Positions 33,201 through 45,450 of a stretch of DNA of 64,000 bases are shown here, in pieces. The position numbers and the translations under genes are program-made. The stretch's first letter is position 1; every line of letters starts with the position of its first letter. Source of the stretch: Camelus dromedarius (Eukaryota); the NCBI RefSeq assembly GCF_036321535.1, contig NC_087437.1, positions 49,478,001 through 49,542,000 on the forward strand, read 5' to 3'. The notes beneath the pieces were generated by a model. It ran no database searches and was not told the DNA's origin. It saw only the letters and a program-made list of their open reading frames with translations.

Positions 33201-36200
33201 TTTCTCTGAATAATGCCTTGAGGGTAAGTCCTCCGGGCTTTTAAAGAGCTCTAGCATTTTTTTTTAAGAAGAAAAAAAAAAAAAAGAAAAACGTTCGATT
33301 TTAGTTTAGACATTGTCGACTTTGAGTAGCTAACAGGGATCACTCAAGCTATTCAATACCTAATGACCCCACTACCTTCGCTGTCTTCCATATATACGTG
33401 TATGAAAATGAAGTTATTAATTTCGTTTTCTTTAGTTCTAAACTCCCCTGCCTGTTTGTACATGTCTGTGTGGGTGTTTATTATAAACATGCATTATTAT
33501 TATTACTACTATTATTATTAATTCCATTGTTAAGATTGTCTTATTGCCTTCTGTGTTCTCTCTGAATTGAATGTTTGGGCAAGTGGGAGTTTAACTAAAA
33601 CATTAAGGCTTTCCAAAATAAAACTGTAGTTTAACCCCTGACAACACCTTCGCACCAACCCCCATCACCAAAACGAAAAAGGTAGTGCTGTTCAACCTTT
33701 AATATTTACTTCAAGTGTTTACATAAGGGGAGGAAAATGAACTTTTGTCTGAAACATGCAACAAGCGGCACTTTGATTTCATAAAATAAATGTCAACAAT
33801 TGAAGAGCTTATCAAACTAGGGTAGGGGGTGGAGGGTGGGAATGTAGTTGAATTAAAGGCCCATTCCTGCCACATCAGACTACAAAGGGTTACACGTAAA
33901 GAAGTGCCACATTTGCTTATTGCAAGTTTTCTTGGTGCTTTCTAAGTCACAACAGGGGAGGGGGAAAGCCATCGTTTATTATCCAGCTCTGGGCAGTAGC
34001 AGACCCCAGTACCACGAGGCTCTTAGCTTTGGCCAGCAGAAGAGGGGTAGCCTTTCAACAGCAGCCCCCTTTGTTCTCCCGATCTCTTTCCCAATTTCAA
34101 GCTTCACTTGCACATCCCAAGTTTGTGTGTTAATGACGCTATTACCATCTGGCTCGCCCTACTTTCCAAAAGATATAAATCTCCTAGCTCCATTGCCCAC
34201 ATTATCATTTAAGTGCCACCATAGCCAGAAGAAAAAGATGCTTTCAAGACTCCAGATTCTCTTGCACTGACTACCCCTGGCATGACTCTTCCACTATATT
34301 TATAGACTATACATTGGGTGCGGGAGAGCTCCTTGAGAGACCTGATTTCTCAAGAGCTGTCCCTCCAAGCCAAGGAAGACATGCTACTGGGTGAAAGGAA
34401 GGCTTCAAATAAAGTTCCCCTTAAAATATTTTTGTTTGTTTGCAGCAGGCAGATTGTATGCCCCGGCGTAGTTTTATGTGCTTGTGCCTTCCTCCTCCCG
34501 CTTAGGTTTGTAAAATGTTGCGGTGCAACTCCCAGACATTCAAGATGTGCCACTCTTCTCACCCTATTTTGAGGGGGAGAATAGATTGATCTCTTTATGT
34601 GAGTGGGAGCAGGGGTGAAGGGAGAAAAAAAAAAGCCTTGTGAGGCAACTTTTGGGAGCTGGGCCAACTGCATCCCTTCTCCTAAACTCTGACTTTTACA
34701 GTGCCTGCACAGAGATGTAAATGTGCCATGTACACACTTCTAGCTACAGATCTACATCCAGCTCTTCTTTCCTGGGTAATCAGTGATTTGTGTGTTTTGT
34801 GCACAAAAGCTGAGAAACTACAACACACAGAGTTGGGCTGGCTTCTGCATGGCTCCACAATGACATCATTTATCTGGCCAGGTCCGAGTGAACAGAGCAG
34901 AGCAGAGTCTGCCTCTGAGTACGTGGAGTTTAGGTTGAGGCCGCTAGTTGATGTGAACAGCTCATTTCCCTTTGAGGGCTTCTAGTGTTTGTGGCCCTAG
35001 ATGGCCATATCCAGGCTCATCTCTGTCCTTGGATGCTTTCTCTCCTTCCCAATGCTATCTTCACAGAGGTGAGTTCCACTAAGGGAAGCCAACCCAACAG
35101 GTTGGAAGGGGAATTGGAAAGGTGAAATTCCCAGGTTCCTAAGAGAAGCTCTTAAAATCATCAGGGTTTGAGCAGACCCCCTGTGTCTTTTAAAAAGTCA
35201 TCTTATCAGACAGAGAAGGCATTTTAATAAAATACATTCTTTCTGAGGAATGAAAAAAAATCACCTGTAATATATTCCTAATACTTTGACCTGAGCACAG
35301 AAGATGCTTAAAACAGTGATTAATTTCTACCACACCGCTGTAGCTGTTTGCAGGCAAAAGCCACTTTCTTTTCCAGTTCACCTTCCTGCTTTTTCCCCCA
35401 AACTCAAAAAAGATCTTGTTTAGTAAGGTGTACCCCTATTTTTTTCCTTTTGAGAATATTATCGAGTTGATATGAACAAATTGCAGAGGATATACTATTT
35501 AAGTAAGATGCACTTTTAATCACTGATCATTAAAATGGTTATGTTAAATATACTCAATTACATGCATGACTTACCTCTAACAGTACTTTCTATTCTCCCA
35601 GCTGCTCACGTATTCCTTAACGATAGTCTGCGGTAGAAACTTGATTATGCTGAATTCATACATTTCGATGGATTTCATCAGCCTAATTAATGCCTCAGTG
35701 TGGTCCTGGGGTCTGAATGAACCCTTTACTGTGTTTGAGGTTAAAGGCAGTGTTGGAATGTAGAGGTTTTTCTTTCTTAGTTGCTTACGAGGTACTTTGG
35801 GATTCCACTAAGCAAGGTAGGTAGCAGTTGTTAAACAGGGAGACAACAAAACAAGGACACCCAACCTGACAGCAAAAAATGAAGGCTAATTCCACATCCT
35901 TAATTTGACGTCAGTATTTTTGGATTTTATGGACAATCTCCAAATATTTAGTAAAGAGGAAATGACCACCTCTCCATTGTGCCTTAAAACTATGCTAAAA
36001 AAGGAAAAACTGAATGTAGATTTCTAACTGGTGGCTAAATAAATTTCCTTTAATTCATCAAGGCTGTCCCTGCTCCCCACCCTTCTTCCTGCTCCCGTAA
36101 CTTTTAGATTACTTTCCCCCTCCATTTCAACTTTCACGTTTCTCAAGGAAGCACTCAAGGCCAGTGTTCATAAGAAACTCCAGTCACCCCCCATGTGGGT

Positions 36201-37269
36201 AACTGCATTCAGTCTTTTCAGGTGTAAATTAACATCTGAATACATCTCAACCTTACTGACCCTTGCCACCGCCACCACCATCCGGGCCTCAGCACAGTCT
36301 CTGCTAATCTGCACCGCCACAATTGGCAGGGCAGATGGAGGTCGGATTTCCCAAACCCCACCCCCCATAAAAGGACCAAAAAGTGCTTGTACTGATTATG
36401 AGAGAAGTCTGGACATTTGTCTGTGTCCAATGAGACACCTGTGGAAGAATATCACTTAAGACATATTTCTTGGTGGTCAAGGAAAGAGAGCAACAGAAAG
36501 AGAAAAGAAAAAAAGAGATGGAGGTATCTTTAAAAAATGTCCCAACTTGGGCAGGTGAAACTTGAAACTTTTACCTCATTGTGAGTTCCTGAGGACAAAC
36601 AGTTCAAGCCAGAAGAACTTCCCTCCATCAGATGCTCCGCTGACCCAGATGCTAGTGACAGGAAGGCAACATCGTACCTCAACATCAGCCTGCTGGAACA
36701 GAAGGGATTTGAGATCTATAACCAAATGACCACCTTGGAACTTTGCGCTTGTTATGCTAATGTAATTACTTCTGTAGTAAGAGTATATTTTCAGAGTTGG
36801 AAATTAGATTTTTAGAATGCTTTGGGTAATAACAGACATTAGACAGAAGAGACAAACGTGCCAGCAATGGTGGCAGAATACTCCTGGCAAAAACCCTGGG
36901 CCATTTTAACAGAGAAATGGTGACCAGACAGTATGTTTGTAAAATTAAGCTGAGGGCAGGCTCCGGGAACTGGGTGAGAAAACAGGTACAGCCAGATCAC
37001 TGCAGATCACCTTTTCTCTTAGACCTAGTTGAGTAGCACCATGCATTGCTCAGTCCCTTGGCTTGGATACCTAGGGTGGAAAAAAAAAAAGAGAGAGAAG
37101 TATTTCATAAATAGCACTGCAAGCAGTTACGTTCAACTCATGGTTTGTGTGCTCTTAAGTTTAGGTTGCAGACAGTAAGGAAAAGAAATATTTTCTGTGT
37201 GGGAAGGGGGTGCATGTAAGAATCGAGAGAAATGAACAACTTAGAATTTTAGAGCCATATGGACACTGG

Positions 37270-37395
37270 GGTCATTCAGTACATCTTTATCCAGTGTATC
37301 ATACCTCTGCACTGTGTGATTAAGAATTCAGGCAGGTCCTCAAATTTGTGGTATTGACCTCATGAGGCTTATGTCTTGAGAATCGAGGACAAGAT
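37270..37395 (-). mobile_element. Highly degraded L2 3' end
   Basis: TCATTCAGTACATCTTTAT...GCACTGTGTG...TGACCTCATGAGGCTTATGTCT resembles the reverse-strand L2 tail. Confidence 0.4.
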
Positions 37396-39610
37396 AGTTG
37401 AATGCACTGTATTTCTAAATCATAATAGTAATAATAAGACTCTTCAGTGTATAAGGCTGGGATGGGGGCAGTCATTTCTCATAATTGTACATGTGGTAAA
37501 TTCACACAATGAATCAGTATCCAAGAAGAGGACTCTTTTCATCAGTTACTTGTCCTTGATAGACATCGGAGCTCAGTCACTCCTGACCTGATTATTGCCT
37601 GCCAGAGTTCTTCCCCATCTCGCTGCCTGCTCTACCCTCCACCTCCACCCACCTATGACAGTTACTTCAGAAGTAAGTGACTTGGTTCCTGGATGGGTTT
37701 TCACCCCTGTTGCATGACCAAGGTTCCAAATGTCAACTTGAAGCCATGGAGAAGCTTGTGAACTATGATAATGGATAAAATCTACTGTGTTAACAGTCCT
37801 GTCTGGAACTAGCGCAAAGTTGCCAAGACATAGTCTGAATGAGTTGGGGGTTTCTGAGATCTTGTAAAAAAAAAAAAAAAAGGCCAATTTGCAATGCTGG
37901 ACTGAATACTGAGCTTTTTATAATAGCCCATGTTGTCCCATTTTCTTCTAGAGTTGAATAGGAACAAAATACCTGGTCTGATGCAGTGGTTCTCTGATGA
38001 CAAATGAACTAATTAGAGATGGTGTTTCTTAGTTCACCCCAAAAATCTTAGCCGTGGTAGATGTGAGAAAGGCAGGCTCCGATAGCTTTAGTTTTAGAAA
38101 AGACGAATTTTATGCATCGCTACTTTGACGTGATAAACTGAATTTGTCTCACTTAGCTTGCTACTGTCTGACCCCCTCTAGCACTTGCTTTGTACAGATG
38201 AGTTCAGGTAGGCTAAGAGTAACTATACCATTTAATACATCAATTCACTGACAAGAGCAAATCTGAATCAGATTACCTTTCACCTTTGGTGTGTAAATGA
38301 TTCGGAATATGCAAGGTCATGAGGCTTCTTAGCAAGGTTCTTGTGAGATAAATTAACATGTTTATCACATGATCTAATCTATCAAGTGGGGTAGATTCCA
38401 CGGTAGGTCAACAGAGGACCACTTAAAAAAAAATGCCAGCGGTGAAAGAAGTCATTGAGTTAAAAGTAAGGAGCACTACATCAAAGATAAAAGGGGAGTG
38501 ACTACGTTAAGGAAGGATGATATTTTCATGCCCTCCTACGCTATGGCAGCATTTGTACGTGGCAGACTGTAGAGTGAAGGCCGAAGATGCAACTAGAGAC
38601 AGTGACATTGAAGCAGAGAAACAGCTTGCTGGAGATTATGAGTTCCTGTTACTTATGATCAGATGCCATTCAGTTGCTTTTGAACTGAAGAATTTATATA
38701 CTGCAGAAATCCTGATCACACTGGTGGGACTGATAATAGGACTCCAAAGGATAGATGTTGAAGTTGCTGGACATTTAGTCTTAGATTTAAACTCCAAAAT
38801 CCAGATTGGAATTGCTCATCGGTTCAGGGAGGAAAATGCGTAATTTGAAATTCTGTCATAAACTCTGTGACAGCAGACAAACTTAGATGAGCTTAGAAAT
38901 AGCTTTGAATCCCAGATCCCAATACTCTTAGACTACTTGATTATAGAGGAAAAAAGCGGAACACCCAGCCTCTAACCAGGAGAAGCCTGTTAGAAATATC
39001 TCAGCTGAACCCATCCTCAGCTGATCGTAGAGGCCGTGACATTTAAGCCATCTGAGTAGCTCTGGTTGCATGTCATCCAAACAGCACATTTTTCAAACTC
39101 AGAAATGCCAGATCGTGTTATTTCTGTGGCAGGGGGTTGCTTAGGATCTGTGACAGCTGAGTTTTTCCTATCGATTATGTGACAATGCAGTTCATTTATA
39201 GAGTTCAGGGAAATGAGAAAAGCCTCCAGTTTAACAAGAAGACTTATTCAAGTACCATGTTGTATTTAAATGCAGAAATCAAAATTTAAGTTGGAGAAAG
39301 TGGAAGAGTGAATTTAACTGTGAACCCAAACTTCAGTAGCTAAATCAACCTCCTAGGAGGGCTGTGACTGATCACTGAATCTGAAGCCTTCTGATTAGGT
39401 GACTAGTTTGTAAATAAACCATGAAAGAAGTCATATCTTACATAGAGAATCCATATTTAGATCAATGTATGTGTTTAAAGTTGCTCCTAAATTTAAAACA
39501 CACAGTAAATCAAAATGTAAAAGAAAACAAATCAAAGGGCATTCTAGCAAATGTGTGCGGTATAGGTGGGTGGGTGGGTGGATGTCGACAGAGGCACTTA
39601 ACTGAAAACA

Positions 39611-39753
39611 TTTTTTTGCTTGTTTGTTTTTTGGGGGGGTTAGGTTTATTTATTTATTTATTTATATTTGTTTAATGGAGGTGCTGGGGATTGAACCCAG
39701 GCCCTCGAGCATGCTAAGCGCGCACTCTACCACTGAGTGATACCCTCCCCCCA
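39611..39753 (-). mobile_element. tRNA-Ala-derived SINE (Vic-1-like, camelid) with 19-bp TSD
   Basis: The minus strand reads GGGGGGAGGGTATCACTCAGTGGTAGAGTGCGCGCTTAGCATGCTCGAGGGCCTGGGTTCAATCCCCAGCACCTCC, then (AAAT)n, ACCTAA-CCCC and an A tail. TSDs are AGGCACTTAACTGAAAACA (39592-39610) and AGGCACTTACCTGTAAACA (39754-39772), 17/19 identical. Confidence 0.9.
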
Positions 39754-39989
39754 AGGCACTTACCTGTAAACACTTTGAAAGATCTTTTTCAGGTTTACCT
39801 TAAATTCTGAAATAATTTAATATACCCACATTCTTCCAGTGCATCCACAGGTAAAAATATAAGTATTATTCATCTTGAGCCTCAATTCCTAATGATTTTC
39901 TCTGTCGCAGGATACAGACAGGCACGCAGAAGTAACTAGACGTCCAACACATGCCAAGGTCTTGCGGGCCCAGGATTTCAAACAAAAGA

Positions 39990-40500
39990 AAACTCGGGTA
40001 ACGTGACTGTGACTGTAAATCAAGGGCGACTGAGACCATAGACGCGCGCACCCAGAAGGGTTAACTGGAGGAGAGGGACGAGAGAGGCTCCTCCTTGTAG
40101 TCGGTGTGAGCCTCGGGAAGAGAGCAAGAGCTAGAGCCGGCGGTGGGAGACCTGGCGTCCCGCCGGCACGACAGGTCCCTGGTGGGGGGGGGGGGGGCAG
40201 GTGTGGCGACGGGTGGGGGCGGGGCACAGCCTGGCAAGTGCCGACGGGGCTGCGCCTGCGCCCTGCGCGCCCCTGCGTGCGTCTGCTCCTGGACTGCCCG
40301 CCTGACAGCCGTCCTGCACGCTGGAGGCGCGACTGTCCGCAATTTGTCAGCCCGAATTTGCCGGCGGCAATAACTTTTCGGGAAGTTTCCGTCTCCGGCA
40401 CTTGAGTTTGGGGGATTAGGAAGCTGGTGGTGGGAGATCATGGTCCTGTGTTCCGCTTCTCATTTCGACGTGGCCCAGGCAGGCAGAAGAAGCCGTGGGG
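39990..40500. promoter_or_regulatory. Orphan CpG island with GC box and NRF1-like motif
   Basis: CpG-dense. GGGGCGGGGC at 40216-40225 and GCGCCTGCGC at 40252-40261. Confidence 0.7.
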
Positions 40501-42674
40501 ATCCAGGGGAAGGACCCTCCAGATCTTTCTCCTACAAAACTCTCCCCTTCCCGCCCAGGTCCTTCACAAAAATGTCCCTCATCCCTCACAAAAATGTGTT
40601 CTTTGGCCCACAAGTCGTTTGAGCGACCTGGGACTGAGTTAGGTTTTTGTTGTTGTTTTGCTTGCCTTTTCCTTTCTGTTTGTGAATGTGGAGGTCTCCC
40701 CAACGCCCAGGGCCGGGGCCGTGGTTCTAAACTTGAACCCTTCACCTTCCGGCCCCTCCTCTCCCCTTCTTCTTGGACTGGTGGGTGTGGTGGCCAAGAG
40801 ACGGGCCTCTCACAAGGACGGAGCCGCGGGGGCAGCTGCTCTGGAGCAGCTGCTGTGCCTCACCCCTCTTTTCTCAATCATTAAAATTCAATTTCAAAAT
40901 TTCTGTCTTTAACAATTTCCTGAGGAGCCTCTGAAGGATGCCAAAAGAGTGGGCCCCTTTTCAAGTGTTCGTGTCTCAGCAGAAGGCAGGCACTGGCCAA
41001 GTTGCCCTAGGCTGTGCCCTCCTAAGAGCAGGTCAGTGGATAGTGTCTGAAACGGAGTGCTGTCCCCACCTAGACTGAGGGAACAGCTCTGGCCAAGTCT
41101 TAAAACAGGTCAAGAAGCTGGGGAAGGCAACCAGCTTCTCTGTCTGTCATCCACCCTGTCCCTGGAGCACCGCCTGGCTGGTCCTGGGGGTGGTGCTCAG
41201 AACCAAGCCAGCAGTTCTCACTCTTGAATCTCATAATTCCTCACTTACTGTCTTCACCTGCCTTTCATCCTTGATTCCAAAAGGAAAAATGTTTGCATAC
41301 TGGGAAGTTCCCTTCTGCCAACAAGTTTCCCTTAACAGCTCTTTCTCTTTCGAGCAAAGTCTGCTTCTGTGTTAGGGGAGACTACTAAAGCGTTTTGAGG
41401 AGCCGGCGGATAGACACCTGCACAACTGTGAAGTAGATCGCTGAACTGCATCAGGAGCCTTGAGTAGCTAAGCAAGCATTCTTCTGACCCTACCTCAGTG
41501 TTGTTTTTCATTCCCTGCTCCAAAAATTTAATATGTAATTAGTACCCAGAATGTCTCCCCTTAACTAACACCCACTAGAACCTATGGAAAGGATATAGCA
41601 TTTCTTTGAAATTCTAGATGGGTGTTAAGGACTACCTGACTCCTATTGCTTTCACCTCTTAATCACGAATAACTATCTTCCAAAACACCAGCCTTCTTCC
41701 CTATAAAAACCACTGGCCCCTCAGCATACCTAGTACTTTTCTTCTCCTCCCCTTAAATTCTTAACCCTTCCTATTTTTCCTTCCAGGGCCCTGAGCCGGA
41801 TTCTCAAATTTAAATCATGCTCTTCTTCCAAATGCCATGACAAGTTAGAAGGGGCTTTTGGGGTCCACACTGGAAATACATGATGCAGAGAGTAAATGTT
41901 ACAGCTGAATGCAGTTGACAAGTGGCAGTTTGGGGTATTGGCAATGAATTCCACATTTTTCTACAGGCTTCTTTTTGCTTCATTTTCAGGATCCACTGAT
42001 CCTAATAGGTACAATTTGCAAGTGAAGTAAATTAGAGAAATGTTAAAGAAAGACCAGAGTAAGCCCTTTCTGGACTAGCAGGCATCATGTCTTACATAGT
42101 TCATGGTTATTTGGGCAGACTTTCATACTGCTGGAAGTTTAGGCTAACACCAGAAGTTCTGCTTCTCAGTATTTAATTATAAACATGGCAGAGTGGAGAC
42201 TCTGTACCGATGAAAAGAAAATCAATCAATGCCTATTAGCCATGACAGATCAATAAAAACAACTAGCTGGAGAAATAATATTAACAACATACCCTTGTTA
42301 CCATCAGACATAGTAAGTTCCTGAGAATTTTGAGACCCCCTACAGCACATATTACTGTATTGTTTCACTTCCTGATTTTATGGAATTTCTGCTTGTGTGG
42401 TACCTAAGGTGGTTTCCTGGAAGTGTAACTTGAATGGGTTTTACAATCATTTTATACTGTGGTCCCAGAATAACTCTTGTCCCCAAGGCTTTGACTGTAT
42501 CTACCGGTATGGGCTTTTAAGATCCTTTCCACCAGTGAAGAGGCTGCAGGTCGTAGTGGAGAACCCACTAGGCAAGAAATGCCAAAGACGCTCTAAGGTC
42601 CAGTTGAGGCATGTAACTAGAAATGTGTATGTAAGGCAGTCCATGTTCCTGGCTTCAGATTTTACATATGTCAA

Positions 42675-42732
42675 GAGGTAGGACTAGATAGTCTCTTAAA
42701 TCCCTCCCAGTCCCTGAATTCTGAAGTTCTAC
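42675..42732 (+). mobile_element. MIR3/L3-type 3' tail fragment
   Basis: GGTAGGACTAGATAGTCTCTTAAATCCCTCCCAGTCCCTGAATTCTGAAGTTCTA resembles the GGACTAGATGATCTCTAAGGTCCCTTCCAGC...ATTCT tail. Confidence 0.55.
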
Positions 42733-42969
42733 AACATATTGATGAATTTTCAACCTAAGATCCAGGTTTATGAGTTACTGAATAAGATATCTATTTATTT
42801 CATTGTCCTTTTAGTAGAAATTTATGCAGAAGACGGATAAATAATTTTTGATCCTTTCCTGGGAGAGATCGTAACTTTGACTTGAGGAAACCATGCTAAA
42901 AGGCTTGGCACTCTTTCCTTGTGTACAAATGAACCGTTGTCTTATACTTTAACTTCTTTTCCTTTTCAG

Positions 42970-45450
42970 ATCCAACTTAGAAATAATGTTTCACTCAAGA
43001 TAAGGCTTGTGGTTTAGGAGATTCTGGTCTGGCTTGCCTCATTTTAAGACTTCTATCATCTCTTTTCAAAACCTGAGGAGGACCTCATTTCCTGTTTGAT
43101 AGTTCTTCATGCTTTGCCAGCCTCCGGGTCTTTAAGGAAGCGTGCCAAGAGTTCCCGTCTGGGAAGGACAGTCTGAGTTCATCATAGAGAATGAGCTGGC
43201 ACCACAATTGTAGTGACTCACCAACCTCGTTGCCCACTTTGCAATGGCAAGAACAGCACTGTTGAAAGACCTGTGTTTTAGCAAAGTGCAGTTGGATCAT
43301 GTGGCAAAATCATCTCAGAATATATCTCCAATCTTTCTTTTCACTGGATGTTTTGAACACAAGACAAGAAAGGAAATTATATTCTGAATTATATTTTGTT
43401 TTTTAAAAATTAAGATTAATTAACAGATGCTTGGTTTTATGTCTATGCTGTTCTAGGAATTTAGGGGTGATTACAAAGCAGTGAAAATAGGTCACAGCAA
43501 AATGAACACTCAAGATTAGGTTAAAACATTCCTCTGAAATTTCAGTATTCATTTTTGGAGTGTCAGTTACTACATTTCTGTAATTCATCATTTTTTCTTT
43601 CTTGGCTAAGAGTCAAGATGAGAAATGATATTTAGACCAAAGACATTGTTTTGTTACATAGCCACTGCTTTTTAAAATGCAAAACCACCCTCTCCTCACC
43701 AATGCTTAATCATTTGTGCATGCTTATGTTCAAATACACACACATATACACACACACACACACGAGAAAGTCCCTTCAAGACTTCCAGGACCCAGGTCAT
43801 GTAAGAGGTAGATGAGAAAATTCAAGAAGGGCCAGAGCAGTAGCAATTCTCAGAATCAATGATTTCACTTTACAAAAAGTCGTTATACAGTACACAGTCA
43901 TTTTTTAAAGAAAATATTATTATGATTAAAGAATATTCTACTTCTAAATTATTACGATTCTCGTCTAATTTCAAGTCGCATATAGGAGCCATTTTAGAGT
44001 ATTTTGTATTACAGTCTGTCACCAAAAATCAACTAGCAGAGTTTTATAATGTGCATAGGTTTACCCCATGGGGAATTAAATTTTAATGCATAAGTCTTTA
44101 TTGTTGTGGAACTTTAGAACAAGATAGCATTTGATATTGACGTAGAAGACTATTCTATGATTTTTTTTAACTTTAAATTGCTCAAAAAGAATGTGAACCT
44201 TATATTTTTCACTCTCAGCATTGTTTTGTTATATGTAGGGTATTTTTATGATGTTATTTTTAATGTATATATTATTTTATTAAGTGATTTGGTAAAAAAT
44301 AAAATATATAATTATAATGGCCCCTTGCTTTTCCCCTGATTTTTAAATTTCAAGTCAGGCAAAACTGGACACTTTACTCTCAGGAAAAAAAATATATTTT
44401 GAGTGTATTTTTGATGCAAAAATGAGTATTCTAGCATTTTTCCATAGTAGATTAGCATTTATGGTGGATCTTATTTCAAAGCTGATTATTCTCAAAGAAA
44501 AGCAGAAATATATTAGAATTTCCAAGTCAATTACATTGTTTAAAAAGTATTTTTAATAACATTATTCAAATTGTTGTCAGCTACTGGTTTAAAAATAAAA
44601 ACAGCAGTATCTGTTCCAAATGTGAAATTTTGCTTTTTGAAAGACCTTTCAAATTCCAGTTTCTTTACAACAGCAGTGGAAATTAATATCAAAGTCATAG
44701 ACAATTTAGAGCTCCTTCAGATTTTTTCCTTTTCTTTTTTTTTTTTTTTTTTTTTTTTTACTTTAACTGTGATAGGCATCTCTGCAAGGTAGGTTTTAAC
44801 ATATTTTTTTCCTAATTTTTTTTCCCTCCTTTCAGTAAGAAGGATAAGCTTTTAGAGTACCCAGTCACCGTGGTAACTGCCAAAAAAATTCTCCTGAAGT
44901 TTGAAGAGGTCAGCTAGCAGGGTCAACAACTCTGGCCTCTCTCTGAGCTCGGTCTAGCATGCCCCAGCCTGCGGTTGGAGTGTCAGGCCAGATCTGACCC
45001 TGGGAGGTGGACTATTCCAGCTCTGATATAAATTTTTTGAGTCAGTTCATGGCCTGGACTCTCCAGGTGGCCTCCAAAATCGATTTTGACCCCCTGACCC
45101 TGTCTCACGGAGGCATAGCATCCACCCTAAGTAAGGATTTAGCCAGGAATGACAGCTTTCCACTGAGTGTTATTGGGGACAGTATAAACAGTTTGGAAAG
45201 CAAATAAGGAGGTGTGAGTGCTAGAAATCATTAAAAGCACATTAAAAAACAATTAAAAATTTTTTTCTTTGTTTAAAATGTATATTTGTGACACAATTTT
45301 TATGTGATTTGTAAGATTTTTTTTAATCAAACCAAAGTTTTGACTATAAATACTCAATAAATCATACATCTTCATTCTTTTATATACTTTGATACAAACA
45401 TGCAAGTAAGATAGCCTGACTTGCAATAAAATAGGTACAGCAGGGCTGTA
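42970..45450 (+). ncRNA. SOX2-OT: SOX2-OT terminal exon (3' end uncertain)
   Basis: Strong acceptor TTAACTTCTTTTCCTTTTCAG|ATCCAACTTAG, at about the expected distance (~26 kb past the SOX2 TSS). Candidate AATAAA signals lie at 44298, 44594, 45356 and 45425, so the end coordinate is an estimate. Confidence 0.6.

Noticed and set aside
38517..38843. 108-aa ATG-initiated ORF with fairly protein-like composition
   Set aside because: I recognise no homolog or promoter, and a few ATG ORFs of this length are expected by chance in 64 kb. BLASTP/PhyloCSF would settle it.
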